Below, piece after piece: positions 35,750 to 49,160 of a stretch of DNA of 58,510 bases (positions are counted from its first letter, which is position 1; each line of letters begins with the position of its first letter). The stretch is from Folioceros fuciformis (taxonomy: Eukaryota), in assembly GCA_049999805.1 (NCBI GenBank), contig JBNGIO010006249.1:137079-195588 (forward strand), read 5' to 3'. Under the pieces are notes generated by a model. The model saw nothing but the letters and a program-made list of their open reading frames with translations, was not told the origin of the DNA and did no database searches. Both the position numbers and the translations under genes were made by a program.

Positions 35750-38403
35750 TCAAAAGCGTCTTGACATGCCACCTCTTCCTGCACTACCTTGCTGACGCCT
35801 GCTACCTCCTCGTCCGGCCCCTCGGCCTCTGGAGCTGCTATTGTGATTGCTGTAGCCTCGCCCCGCGTTAGGGACCTTGAGAGGGACGATGGGATTCAAG
35901 TATGCTTCTCCAGGAGAGTGGCGGACCGTTCTGGAAAGGCCTCGCAGCTGGGGAAGCCAGTGTGCGACATAGTCTCCTTCTGGGTCGTAATTCTGGGCCT
36001 GTTTTGGGATGCTGAAGTACCGATCTTCTCGAGGATCGTTTCCAACTCCTGGTGCAGACGACAGGTTCTTGCATTTCGTGAGGGGGTCTGATGCTGTAAG
36101 GGAATCAGACAGAAGCTTGGGAGGAGGACAAGCAAAGGCTACATGTGACATACCAGCTCCGTATGTCCAGTTTCCATAGTTGGAGCACGGATCGTGGTCC
36201 AGAAGGCACGACTCAAACCACTCTGCTCCTAAACGCCAGTCCAAGCCCATGTCTCTTACCAAGAAAGAGCATACAATCTGTCAACAACGAAACCATTCTT
36301 AGAGAGGCTCAGAACTGGAAAAGACGCCTGCTTACCTTGCAGTGGGGATCTTACCTGCCGTCCTCGGTTGGACATGAAGCCAGTGGAATGTAGTTCCTTC
36401 ATGTTGGCATCGATTAACGGGTATCTGCATGTGTTTTACAGGCTGCAATCAGATGAGAATCTGGCCAAATTTGGCGGTGACAGGGGTGAGTCCTCGACAG
36501 CATTCATGCGGTCTGCTTGTCCTTACCCAGTGCGACCTTCTCGCCAGGCTTCAAACAGAAGCTTGTCCTGTCCCCAAGTTTTGCCCACAATTTTCCGGGG
36601 CCCACCTGTGTCAGACATGACGCAAGCTCAGAGATTGAATCCTGGACTCTTTGCACATAGATCACATCATGTGAATCCTGCAACAGACCTAGGTAGAAGA
36701 TTGCATTTCCATACTTCATAGAGAGAAATCTGAAATAGTCTCTCCAGATAAGTTCGAACAGGACCCTGCACACATGCATCTCGATAAAGGTGGCCGTTCT
36801 AATTGAAGTGAGCAACGCCCCCACGCATTCTCCAAAGAACAAGCATACCAGTACGTGGACTCATTCGAAACCCTTTCTGACTCATATCGCTTGACCTGAA
36901 TCACAAGGAAATAGCCGCAGACGTGAATGCAGGCTACAGGTCGGAATTGCACGAATGTAAGGGTTGCATCTTTCTCGCACTACCTCGGCATGGATAAACC
37001 GTGGAGAGAGGGCTCCCACAGCTAGCCATGGAGAGAACTTGGTAGAGTAGTCGGCACCCAGTAATCCATTCCTTGTTTCTTTGTAAACACGCAGAAGATC
37101 CTGTGACACCGAGTTTTGCTTACTACATCAAGTGCAAGGCAAGGCCGACCATCGGCCTTTGTGGAGGACCAAACACCACCAATACCTTGGACCAGAAGTA
37201 GTCCTGGATCCTTGCAAGAGCTGCCTTCTCTCCGCCTATGAAACGCATCACACCCAGCGAACTCTGTGCAGACATCGAGATGTCATAACCATTGTCAAGT
37301 GAAAATGTGACGCCTTCGGTTTCGGATGTCTGAGTACCTGCTCTCGGGGAGATAATCCAAGATCACTCAACGTAGGCAGACTCCCGAAACCGCCCAACTT
37401 GTCTGTAACATCTGGGGGCAAGGGTCCGATTGATGCCGGCATCTTGATGGGGGACCGAACTCTCGAGGATTTCTCAACTTCCTGCAAAAACGGGCCCTGT
37501 TAACACCCATGAATGAAGTGATGTATGCCAACCAACCACGAACAACTATTGCACAGGCCTGTGTGACAGACATAATTTCTGACCTTTCTTGTCACACGTT
37601 CTCACCTTCCTAAACTGTGTGTAGACGTCAGGCAATCTTCCAGGCAAAAATGGCAGATCCTCTAAGTGGTACATGGTGGTACCCCAGATGAACTGCACCA
37701 TCGGATTCCTACCTTTCGACCCTTTGACGCCTTCAAGCTTAGCCAGACCCTTCTGTACGCCTAGTTCCACATCTACTTCCTCCTTGCAAGTTTCCTTCTG
37801 GGCAAACACCTGCAAAAGTAGATTCCCCTGTTCAGACTGTGACTATTCGACTTGAGCTCCAGAGACCACCCTCCCATTTCCTCACTCCTTTCCATCCACA
37901 AATCTGCCTGACAGTCCTTACGTTGTGAGCACCGATGTTCTTCACCAATGCCGGGACAAGCTCCTCCGGTTTACCCACTCGAATCACTAACTCCGACCCT
38001 CTCTCCTGCAAGCTGCTCCGCAAGTCAGCCAGGCTTTCCAGCAGAAACTGAGCTCGCAATTCTGCAAAACCGCATCACATTCAGCTTTCGAAAGGGGTTG
38101 GCAGCTAAGCCCATGCTCTCAAAACAGAATGGACCGCCTGCCCAACCTCCAGTTTTCAGAAACCCGAAATGGTAGGTAGTGCCAAAATGCCGTGGATCCA
38201 CACAATACACAGGAAGCACAGCCTCGGATGCCTGCCATGCCCTCTGCAAGGCCTCGTTGTCGTGGATCCGCAGGTCATTTCTGAACCAGACCACGGCGAC
38301 TCCAGATCCCCTCTGCCCCCCTCCTCCTCCTTTGCCAGTGCTGGCTTTCCTGCTGGGCTCTGAGGACAAAGATGCCATCGCCATGGGCTTGGCCCACGCA
38401 TTC
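35750..38403 (-). CDS. CRYD: Cryptochrome DASH, multi-exon; a transit-peptide exon may lie upstream to ~38900
   Basis: Motifs [66 protein letters not shown] and [32 protein letters not shown]. Confidence 0.96.
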
Positions 38404-39262
38404 ATTTTCCAGGGCAGAGACGGCCTCAGGCCGAAATCCTCACATGTCAACCTGGGCAAACGTTCCGCTGAGCAGGGACACGAGAGGCAAATACCTACTT
38501 TAGACGGACATTGCGTGGTCTTGGGGTCACCCAGTCCAGCACACAACACAACTCACAACGTGAAGTCAAGGCTGGGGCTCATCTTACTTGATGAAACGCT
38601 GCATCTTGACAACTGAGATGCGCCTCTCACCCACAACGTCCCTCAAGCTACTGCTGTCAGGCAAACCTCCCAGCAGCTGCACCTGGTTCCATGGACACGC
38701 CCGGAAAGAGATACAATGTGCCCATGGGGCGCACATCATCTCTACTACGAATACCCGAAAAACCGGTCATAGCATCATTCCACACAGATTGCAAATGACG
38801 CCAGGCTGGATCAGGAAGCCTTGTGAGGACATCCGCTTGACACGTCTCAAGAACACCGGATTTTCTATTTTTATCGAGAATTGAAACGATGGTGAGAAGC
38901 CCATGACCCCGAGGGTCAAGGTGAAAAGAAGATGCAACCTCCTTCTTTTGTTGGCAGAACATCATAAGCACAAAGAGCAAAGGCTCTCCAAAGCACAAAT
39001 CAAGAGCATGAAGCTTCAACTGCAGCGTTGAAAGGGCCGGGATCGAAGGAGGATGGAGACGGGCTGTCGGAAGTGGGCCGAAACGTGACTGACTTTTAGA
39101 ACGCTCAGCTCACTTTAACAACCATGAGAAGATGTACACTGAAGAACTTTCTACCTTACAAGTTCTTCCAGATTTGGATGTTAAGTAGATAAGGAACTGG
39201 TCTACCAAGGAAAACTGTGATGCACACTCGTACAAATAGATATGCCAACACTGTGGGGCTTG

Positions 39263-39470
39263 TCATGTGTGTACAGCATACTTGAAAGCTTCTATGACGA
39301 ATTGACCACCAGGAAACGGTATGAAATGGATGTCGGAGAATGTTGCTGTCGACACTTGTATACTCTGCACCTCAGAATATAATGCTCTGCAACTCAGGCT
39401 TACTGCGGCCCCGCCAGGATTATGAGCTAGCATTAGCATATCTCGCCGTAACGCTTCCAAGGTTCTCGGG
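39263..39470 (-). pseudogene. 3' fragment of an O-methyltransferase, disrupted
   Basis: EALRRDMLMLAHNPGG...ATFSDIHFIPFPGGQFVIEAFKYAVHT* matches the last exon of the neighbouring OMTs, but the KERT segment is replaced and no upstream exons are present. Confidence 0.8.
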
Positions 39471-39856
39471 TTCTTGGAAAACGTGAAGACAAAATGCGCT
39501 CTATGTTTATTACTGTAGTCTTGTTCCTGAGCCTCTTGGGGGTCTTCGATGTTGTTGCCTCTGCGCTCTTGCACTTTCTTATGTTTCCATGATCTGGTAT
39601 AATCCCATCACTCATGTTCGAGGAATGACGATCCAACGCCCCAATGACAATCTTCTTCACACGGGGTTCGACCTGACAATGGCAATGGGCAAAGCACTGA
39701 GTTTGTGAACACAAACATGATCTCGGAACAACACAGCACACGCTTCAGCTGTCTGGACCCTACATACAGCTGTTTGTACCTGAACAATACCCAATCCAGA
39801 GTTGTCCAGCAGAGGACATCTACTTGCGGAGCCCTGTATAAGCCTTTGAGGGCTTG

Positions 39857-41259
39857 TCATGTGTGTACAGCATCTTTGAAAGCTTCTACGAGGCATTCAC
39901 CGCCAGGAAACCGTAGGACCTTCATGTCGGAGAATGCTGCTGCCGACACTAGTGTCTGCCACTCAGACTCAGTGCGCTCCTTGCCTGGAGTATGAACTAG
40001 CACTGCGATGTCCAGCCATAATGTTGCCAATGCCACATCCAAGTCCAAGTCCTCACCTGGAGAGGGCACCACGGCCTCCACCACAACCACCTTGCCACCC
40101 TTCTCTGGCAGAGCCTTCCAACAATTTCGCAGAATCTGGAGGCACTGCTCGTCGTTCCAGTCGTGAAGGGTGTGCTGCGCGACGAGCAACTGGGTCAGAA
40201 AGGGACATGTGGAGGTCCAGCCGAGGGACTGGGCTGAAGAAGGGGCCAATTCCGTTCCTTTAGATGCATAAGCTCCAAACTATTGATCATGACCTCCTCA
40301 GAAAGGATTAATCACCTTCAGAACGACGACATCTCCTTCAGGAATGTGTGCGAACATGTCACCTGCGACGTGTGTGACACCTGATGCCTTGGGCGAATTA
40401 GGATGGTTAGGAGGATGAATCAATTCGACCGTTCGATCAACTCTGCATTCAGCACGGGACGTGGCAGCTCTCGAACTGGTGTTAACCAACCTGGTATTTC
40501 TGGAGCTGTGGATATGACGGCCGGCAGGTCGAGGTTAACGCCTTTGACATGAGGGTTGTGGTGGATGATCCTCTCCAAGGCCTTGCCAATGCCGCCTCCC
40601 ACATCGACAACCACACCCACATCTTTGAACCCTTGGTATTTCTCCAGTAATGGATCCAAGGTGAATCTGACGTAGGACGCCAGGCAGTCATTGAAAAGCC
40701 TTCCAAAATCCTTGTCCTCGTGGCAAATAGTCCAGACATCCTTGCCATCGAATGCCAAACCGAAGGGATCCTTCTCACTGTCGAGGATTACAGCTTCCAA
40801 GTACGCGTAAGGGTTTCACAGGACTGGGTGCGCCAGGATCTTCACAATAGGATACACAGATTGGGGTGCAGTGTAGACTAAGAGTTGGGACATGGGCGTA
40901 AGACCGTATCGGACATCGGAAGTCCCATCTCCTACAACCCAAGTCATCCGTCAGCTGTACATTATGCACAGTCAAGAGGTATACAAGAATCGAGATCAAG
41001 GAAGATTCTCACCATACTCCGCTCGGAAGACGTTCTGGAACACGAGGACTCGGAGGACACGAGAGAGATACCCAACGTTCGGAGAAACGGCGGGTAGTTT
41101 TGCTGCGATTTCCTCAGCTGTGAGGGCAGCATTGTCGCCAGAACCCGCAATGATGTCTGCGATTTTCAGATTCACAACAGTGCCTAGCACTGTCGACGGC
41201 ACGTATCCATTCATGAGTCCGAGGAGAGCCTTCGCTGCTGCGCCATCTGGATCTGCCAT
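39857..41259 (-). pseudogene. Class II (COMT-like) O-methyltransferase copy A, 4 exons, with an in-frame TGA at 40816-40818
   Basis: Motifs VDVGGGIG, LDLP, GDMF, LHDW and PGKERT are present. Exon 2 reads ILAHPVL*NPYAYLE. Confidence 0.8.
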
Positions 41260-42469
41260 TTTCCACGTACCTAGTTGCCAAGGTGGAATTGGAAGAACAC
41301 CGGGTTCACTCCTTGGATTGACACAGATCACATGGTACTGAACAGATTGGGTCGACCCAATACATCAAATCGAACCTATTGGTGATCTCACCGATCACCC
41401 GGACCCTTTCAGCATGCGGTGTATAAGGGGATAACGTACTTCAAATATTTAAGCCGTGCTGAGTGTGGAGGAGGCGAGCTAGCGTGTGGTGCAGAGGGAC
41501 ATACAGCAGGATCCCCTCAGATCGCTTTCCTTCACACGATCCTGCTGAGAAGGATCGGGTCCGCTCTGATAAAGTGGTTGAGGGTATCTGGATCTATTTG
41601 ACAGGATGCTTGACTGAAGATCCTATCGTCGTCTAAGCAGTTTTCCTTGACGAAAGATCGGATGCAAAGGAGATAGAGGAGGACATAGTTTTCCAAGTTC
41701 TGAATAGTGATGCACCCTAACGCAGATCTGCCTACACTACGCGATGCATTGAAAATTATGGTGCAAGATGATCTGCAAGGGCTTTCCAATGCCGCCTCCC
41801 ACATCGGCAACCACAGCAACACAGCTCAACCCTTGGCCAGAATTGAGTACAAGATGAATAAAAAAGCAGGACCTGCCCAAACAATCCTCCAAGACTTCGA
41901 TCGCAGTCCCCGAATCTTGCCATTGTGTGAGCTCCTTGCTTGTGTCCAGGTTTGCGTCTTATAAGAAAGCGATCCTGTGCAATGGCCTGCCAGGATGATC
42001 TCGTCGTCCGTGCGAATCATGAGATAACGAGGTCATGTCTGACCACGTGAAGACACATCGTTTGCAAAATATGGTGAAAACGTGCATGAGCTTGTCGTGG
42101 GAAGCACGCATTCGCAGGGTGTGGTTGCACACGACTTCTCCAAATCGTATTCCAAGCCGTCCGCAACGCGTCTCTTTCACTGATGGGAGAGGAAACAGCA
42201 ACCCCACGAGATCGATTACAACAGACGAAACCAAAACCAAACAGATTTGAGAACTGATTTTTCAGAAACATCTGGATCACATCGGGGAGTAACGATGTTT
42301 GAGAAATCCCTAGATCATTCTCCTGAACATTCTAGAAATTTCTGCACGCCAACGGCTCTTTCAACAATCGTCTCATTGTTCTTCCAACGCATCGTTGAGG
42401 AGTTTAGCGTAGTATGTACTTGAGACTTCCTCTTTGTTCGTGTTTTTGCTGCTCGTGGCCCCTGTCTTT

Positions 42470-42572
42470 GCTTCAGCTGGAAGATCGGTAGCATAGTTTC
42501 TCACAGCTGTAGTCACTGGTCGCACAGTTTCTCACTGCTGGAAGACTGGTAGCACAGTTTCTCACTGCTGCA
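42470..42572. repeat. ~31-bp tandem repeat, 3 copies (gtagcacagtttctcactgctggaagactg-like), upstream of the BAHD gene
   Basis: Directly visible in the sequence. Confidence 0.8.
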
Positions 42573-42761
42573 ACGTTGCATAGTTGCTCAGGGCTAGAAG
42601 ATTGACAACTATCTTGTTCTCGGATTCTTTGTGTTCTTACTCTCGGATGGCAGTTCAATCGCATACATGTCGATGAGCTCGAGATTCCAAATAGTTTTGC
42701 TTTCGGCAAAACAGTATCATCCGATACGGCTGCAAGTTTGATAGACAGTGTCTAGTTGACA

Positions 42762-44414
42762 ATGGAGACGACTGATATACCTGGACCTATCACAATACCT
42801 ATAACCATAGACACCCCTGAGTTTATCATATCTTCTCTGGATGAACGACATCGCTACCCCTTGTATCTTTCCAACATTGATCAGATGGTGTTGTTTCCAG
42901 TGGACACTTTATTTTTCTACAAATCCCATCCATGGAGAGGTAATGAGGATGTTGTTGAAGTTGTGAGAAATGGACTCAAGAGGGTTCTACCAAGCTATCC
43001 ATTCATGAGTGGGAAACATATCTATCGAAATCATCGTTACTGGATAGATTATCATGGATTTGGAGTGCAGTTTGCAGGTGCAAAAACAGATTTAAGTATT
43101 GCAGATTTGGGGGATCTTTCAAAAATGAATCCAATATTCAGGAGCTTTGTGGCAAAGCCTGTTCATGCAAGCACATTTCGACTACGACCAATAGTGTGTA
43201 TTCAGGTACAAAATAAAGCATCACAGCTGAACTAGAATAAACACGTTATGAAGTGATTGTACTTCTCTTGTATCTTCTATAATTACGCATGCTTGCCAGG
43301 TGACACGATTCAAGTGTGGCGGATTCACATTCGGGTTAACATGTATGCACACTTTATTTGATGGTGGATCTGCGCTACAATTTATGAGAAACCTAGCTAC
43401 ATGTTGCAAAGATTTTGTGTATGAACATCAACCATTACACCAGCGAAACATATTCATACCTTCCCCACAACATGATTTGATAAGAAGACATCCGGAACAT
43501 AACATTTCAAGTGAGTGTTCCTTTTTTAAATACTTAGATACTTTGATGATCTATCATTCACTTTTCAAAATAACTTGACTAACAGTTTCCTTGCAGCAAA
43601 TCCGGAAACAAAATGCTTCAATGTGCGTCAACGATGGAGGCAAACACCGTGGGAAGCTATTGATTTGTTGAAACTTTGTGGGAGTGTGTTCGATAACTTT
43701 CACACAGATAAGCGAGCACTCAATAAAGTTATGCACAACATATCACAAGTACTGGGTTCCAAATGTTCTACGTTCGATGTGCTAAGTGCACATATTTGGC
43801 AATCGCGAGCTAAAGCTCTTTACGAAAGTGGGGATGCAAAATCATGTGACTCAAATGAGATGTTGTTTGCTGTGGATTTCCGACAAAAAGTAGTACCCCC
43901 AACTTACGAAGGGTGGTGTGGTAATGCTGTTGTAACAGCAAAAGTTACATGCTCAATCAAAGACTTATATGAGAAACCTTTGTCTCACTTTGTGCAACAA
44001 ATTCAGGTCAGATGCAAGGTGTTGTGTATGATTCTGAACCATTTTTTGATGTGGTATGCTTATAGTTAGATTGTGACACTGGCAATGCTTCTTGTATAGG
44101 ATGTAAAAGCAGCAGTGACTGACACCCAAGTAAAGTCATCCTTGGCTTGGATCGAGAAACACAGAGGAGTAATGGCTTCACCAGGTTCTCTACTTCTCAC
44201 ATCTTGGTGGCGGTTTCCATTTGAGTTGATTGACTTTGGATGGGGAACACCAGTTTATGCTGGTCCAGTGATAAATGCGTTCACAGAGATTGCCTTCATC
44301 CTCCTAGACTGGAATAATTCTGAGAATGTGACTGTGTGCTTGGCTCTCCGCGCAGCAGCTTTGGCCAATTTTAGACACCATTTTTATGAACTTTTTACAT
44401 CCTCTTCCTTGTAG
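42762..44414 (+). CDS. BAHD acyltransferase (HXXXD/DFGWG), HHT/GLAUCE-like; exons ~42762-43206, 43300-43511, 43597-44006, 44100-44414
   Basis: Motifs LYLSNIDQ, Q|VTRFKCGGF (conserved Q-intron), HTLFDG, STFDVLSAHIWQSR, CGNAV and SWWRFPF..IDFGWGTP; exons splice in frame. Confidence 0.93.
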
Positions 44415-45743
44415 AAGCTTTTCGGAATGACTTAGATATGTTTATCTTCTCAAACGCATTGTCCTCTTTCTTTTTTCAAAGTGTTATACTTCAATGTCGT
44501 ATGTCTATCCTGGTACCACGGTATGAGAATTCTTCCTCTTTCCCATCAAAATGGGAAGAAGAAGAAATCTTATTGCGATGTTCAGATATGGTCCCACTCT
44601 TTTTGCTCGACCTTGCGGGCCCCGGTTACTGCGTGGAAGAGCGCAATCCTCCGTGGCTTCAGCTCGTTGGAACAAGGATGTCTTCAGCTGACTCTTCAGC
44701 TGTTCGAAACAGCAATGTCTTCATCTGACTCGTCAGCTGTTCGAAACAGCGATGTCTTCATCGGACTCTTCAGCGTCTTGGAACAAGAATTTCTGCAGCT
44801 GCCTGGAACAAAGATGTGATTGTGATTTTCTCTCCACTGCAGACGCCTAGGCCGCGGGCACTCCACTAGGCATTCAGACTTGCAAGTATGTGTGTGCCAA
44901 GACTGCGTTCTTTCTGGTGGTATCCTCCGAGTAATGGCAGTGACTGTCCTGTGGCTGGTCACAAGTGGCTGTCGTGTTAAGCATTCGTGTCCAAGTTCAT
45001 GCGTTTGAGATGAAAACTGTAGGCCTGGGGATGATGATTTGCAAGGCGGCCTTGACAGTGCCGCCTCCCACATCGGCAACCACACAAACATCCCTAAACC
45101 CTTTGGCCAGAAGTGAATCCAAGATGAATAAAAAATCGTATGGAGAGCGTGATCAAACGTTGCAATGGCAATGCTCTTACACGACAGTCTTCTTCACGAC
45201 CTTCGATCTCACAATGGCAGTGGGCCAGGCACCGAATTTGTGACCGCAAACATGATCTCGGGACTAGACAGCACACGCTTTATCTGTTTGGACCCTGCAC
45301 ACAGCTCTTGCACCTGACCTGAACAACACCCAATCTAGAGCTGTCCAGAGAAGGAAATCTACTGGCAGACGGGGCAGAGATGAAGAAAGTAGAGGCCATA
45401 TGGTTTTTAAAATGATAATCTATATTATTACTAAGTTTAATACAGTTAATATGTATACAATATGCTACCGCAAATTTGCTGGATTGTGCTGACCATACTG
45501 TGAACTTCAAAATTTCGGCGGGAGATGTGAACATTCCTCGTATCCTTCCCACTCTGCACCATGTCTATTCCATGTCACAAATCATGAACCAGCTCAAGCC
45601 GGGCCTGCCACTTGTAAAACAGGGAAGAATATCTTGACACAAGTTCCGTGTGCCTCAGCCTCATCCGTCACGACATGCTGCAATGGTCTTCAACGGCAAA
45701 CAAACTACGATACCCACAACATCTGTCTGCACTTAGAAGTTTG

Positions 45744-47112
45744 TCATGTGTGTACAGCGGATTTGATAGCTTCCATGATGAATTGGCCGTCAGGGAATCG
45801 GATGAAATTGACGTCGTAGAACGCTGCTGCCGATAATAGACTAAGCCACTCGGACTTAGTACGCTCCATGCCACTGGTATGAGCTAGCATTACCATATCC
45901 CGTCGTAATGTGTCAGCGGTAGCTTCCGGGTCCCCGTACTCATCTGGAGAAGGCAGCACAGTCTCCACCAAAACCAGTTTCCCACCCTTCTCCGGCAGAG
46001 CCTTCCAGCAATTTTGCAAAATCTGGAGGCACTCTTGGTCTCTCCAGTCGTGAAGGATCCACTGCGAGAGGAGCAACTAGGTTAGAAGGTTCAGTCGCAT
46101 ATTCGGGTTTGGGCTGCAGAAGCAAGGCCACTTCGTGGATTTCAGCATCAGTTGGGCTACTCAACAAGGGTACCTTCATGAAGATGGCATCAGCTTCAGG
46201 AATACTAGTGAACATGTCTCCCCCAACGTGTGTGACGCCTGATGGCTTGGCAGAGAAAACTATGCAGTTAGAGGACGAATCCATCCGACCGTTCACTGGA
46301 TACAGCATATCAGCACAGAGGCCGGTCTGAAACCGTGTGTTTACCCACCTGGTATCTCTGGGGCTGTGGATGTCACGGTCGGCATGTCGAAATTGATGCC
46401 TTTGAGATGAGGATTATAGCGGATTATCCTCTCCAACGCCTTGCCACTGCCACCTCCCACATCGGCAACCACAGCCGCCTCCTTGAACCCTTGGTACTCT
46501 TGCAATAAAGGATCCAAGGTGTAAGTGGTGTAAGACGACATGGCGTCAGTGAAAATCCTGCCGAAGTGCTGGTCCTCCTTGCAAACAGTCCACAGATTCT
46601 TCCCGTCGTTTGCCACACCAAAGGGCTCCTTCTTACTGTCGAGGATTGCATCCTCGAGAAACGAAAAGGGGCTGAATACTTTTAGGTGCATGTGCATTCG
46701 CACAACAGGATATACAGAGTGGGGTGAAGAGGAGACCAATAGCTGAGACATCGGCGTAAGACCGTATCGGACGGCGGAAGTCCCATCCCCTACAATTCAA
46801 CACAAATCGTTCGTCAGCGGTAGGTATCACAATCTCCAGAATAGAGGAGCAAGGAACCTTCTCACCATACTCCGCGCGGAACACGTTGTAGAACACCAGG
46901 AAGCGGAGAACACGAGCGAGATACCCCACGTTTGGAGAAGAAGCAGGCAGCTTTGCTGCAATCTCCTCAGCTGTGAGGGCAGCATCCTCGCCGTGACGGG
47001 AGATGATGTCTGAAATCTTGAGGTTCACAACCGCACTGATCACTGTTGATGGCACAAAGCCATACACCAGTCCCAAGAGAGCCTTCCTTGCTCCTCCACC
47101 CTGGTCTGACAT
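45744..47112 (-). CDS. Class II (COMT-like) SAM-dependent O-methyltransferase copy B, 4 exons, apparently intact
   Basis: Dimerisation N-terminus, then ADVGGGSG, FDMP, GGDMF, K|WILHDW and ERTKSEW; no internal stop in the spliced frame. Confidence 0.92.
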
Positions 47113-47479
47113 TTTCCAAGGACCTGTTTGCCAAGGGGGACTGCCTCTATCTACCGGCAGATTCACAAACCCGGAGATGGACGGACTTGGAACAAAAGAC
47201 CACCCCAAAAGGCAACATTACTCTCCCCCCTTTATACTGAACCTTCCTTGCTCCTCTACCCTGGTCCAAGATTTTTCCGGTACCTGATTGCAAAGCGGGA
47301 ATCCCGCTAGCTAATAACAGCTTCACCGCCTCGGAGATCGACAGACTTAGAACAAAAGACAACTCCAAAACAATCCATACCTCTCCCTCCCCTCCTCCTT
47401 TCGCGGTAATCAAATAAAATGCAAGAGTCACTTGACACCTCGGCTGGGTAGCTACACGACACTAGCAATCGAAAAGTCC

Positions 47480-47930
47480 TATCGTTCATTTCTCGTCCTC
47501 AGCTCTCCTTGTCTCAATCATTTCAGTATTCCAGCATCCCTTCCCTTCCCGAGCTCCTGCAGATTCATAGCACTTCCGACAAACAGAGAAACACAGAAAC
47601 CATCGCCGTCGATTTCTGACTCGCCCGGTCATCTTGTCCGCACACGAAGCCACTCTATCCTGTCGAGACTCTCACATTGCGGGGGAGTCAGAGTCAGCAC
47701 AGAGAGTGAAAAACCAAGCAACAGTGAGGGATTACACAACCTTCACCTCACCACAAGGGCTTCACCTTCAAAAGGTTACAGTGTCAGCCTTGGAGATAAC
47801 GGTATCCGGTGGAATTCCTCTGGTCCTCACCCGCACTGCACTGCATGCAAAAAATCTTTGGTCTGACAGTCGTATAGCATACCAACGTGGACAGGGGAAG
47901 GGTGGGAAAACCTTGGGTTGACAGCTGTAC
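47480..47930 (-). pseudogene. Decayed C1D copy upstream of OMT-B
   Basis: Reads VRVRTRGIPPDTVISKADT versus MYLRTKGISPDTHISKSEI in the intact gene; shares intron sequence 'ccagcatcccttcccttcccgag'. Confidence 0.75.
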
Positions 47931-48540
47931 GGCATTTCGTCATTCCCTATTTCGTATTTTGCGGCTCCCGGAGATTGATCCGGCCTCCAGTGCGCATTCC
48001 TGTCTTGTTTGCGGGAAATAGATTTGTTTTTCGTGCCTTCTGCTGAGCTCTTGGTTTTGGATTGGAGACTAGGTTGAGCATTCCGCTTCTCTGCTGTGGA
48101 CTGGCACCATTCTTTATGACTGGAGTCTTGCAGGTTCTTCGTGTTCTGCCAGCTTGCGTCACTTATGGACAATGCGTGCAACAACTCGGTTGTTGTTGTT
48201 CTCGTCTTTTCGGCTCTGTTTTCAGGCATCCGCTGTCAACGCAATCCACACTCTTGCAACCATGCCTAACCTGTGAGAAAAGTGGCATTGCTCCCAGAGC
48301 AGCTGCTCCGCTTTGCGTGTGGTAGCGGACACTCGTTTTCTGCCAGGGATCGTTGTATGTTTCTCAAGGTGAGCATGCAAATACTTTGTAAGTGTCCTGG
48401 TTGGAGGATCGTGTTTGTGTGCGAGGATTGCCCGCCTGTATGCTGAAGAATTTGTCGTTTCGCGTTCTGTTGTGTTTGCCAGGAGTTCTCCACAAGTACC
48501 TTGTTGCGATACATTGCTGAGCGCAGATGATTGAACCGGG
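47930..48540 (+). pseudogene. Decayed inverted copy of the unknown gene at 55320-56590
   Basis: 'ctaggttgagcattccgcttctctgctgtggactg' and later exon-like blocks are close reverse-complement matches to ~56340-55600; the frame is disrupted and truncated. Confidence 0.75.
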
Positions 48541-49160
48541 AGGCAGGAGCGACTGCTGCCTGGGCGAGGGAAGCCCTGGGCCAGCCCTTCTTTCTTTCGT
48601 CAGGAATCCACCGAAGGTCTTTTCACTATCATTTCTTTCTGAATATGTTAAGTTTTCAATTCAATTCGCGAACAACGTCTCATAATTACAAATGTTATTT
48701 TTAACTATAAAATAGCTTGATGCAGAAATGCTTACGTTCCGTGGTTTGTGGTAAACTCCAGGGCTCCATGTCCTCCAGCCTGTACGTCACGCCGGGAGGC
48801 CTGCCCTCTAGCCTCGTCGTCAGATACGCTGCCATCAGTGGTATGTACGCCATCCAAACAGCAAGGAATATTAGAAGACGATGCAGAGGTCGGTGGGGAT
48901 AAGCACTCCATGATTGCCCCGAACGCGCTACTCCGTTGTTTGCTGGACCGGCCTTCGACGTCCTCCGCCGCCGCAAGTGAGAATCCTCTTCTACCTCACA
49001 AATCGTGGACTACTTCAAGCACGGTCTGGCACAGCTGTAATACACTCATGATTGTATCGCGAACCTCAGCCTCATCAAGCATCATGTGGTAAGATAGTGT
49101 TGAACAGCAAGGACCCTACGATACCCACAACATCAGATTCAGTCGGCACTTTGAAGATTG

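Noticed and set aside
40816-40818. Selenocysteine or RNA-edited TGA in the OMT copies
   Set aside because: The paralogous residues are Phe/Trp, not Cys. Land plants lack selenocysteine machinery, and plant C/U editing is organellar.
41959-42240. ORF with faint resemblance to a TFIIS/RPB9-type zinc ribbon (..FCKRCVFTWSD)
   Set aside because: The first Cys pair and the acidic hairpin are not convincingly present; too weak to call without a search
48701-49092. Short overlapping ORFs downstream of OMT-C
   Set aside because: No recognisable motifs and no consistent exon structure
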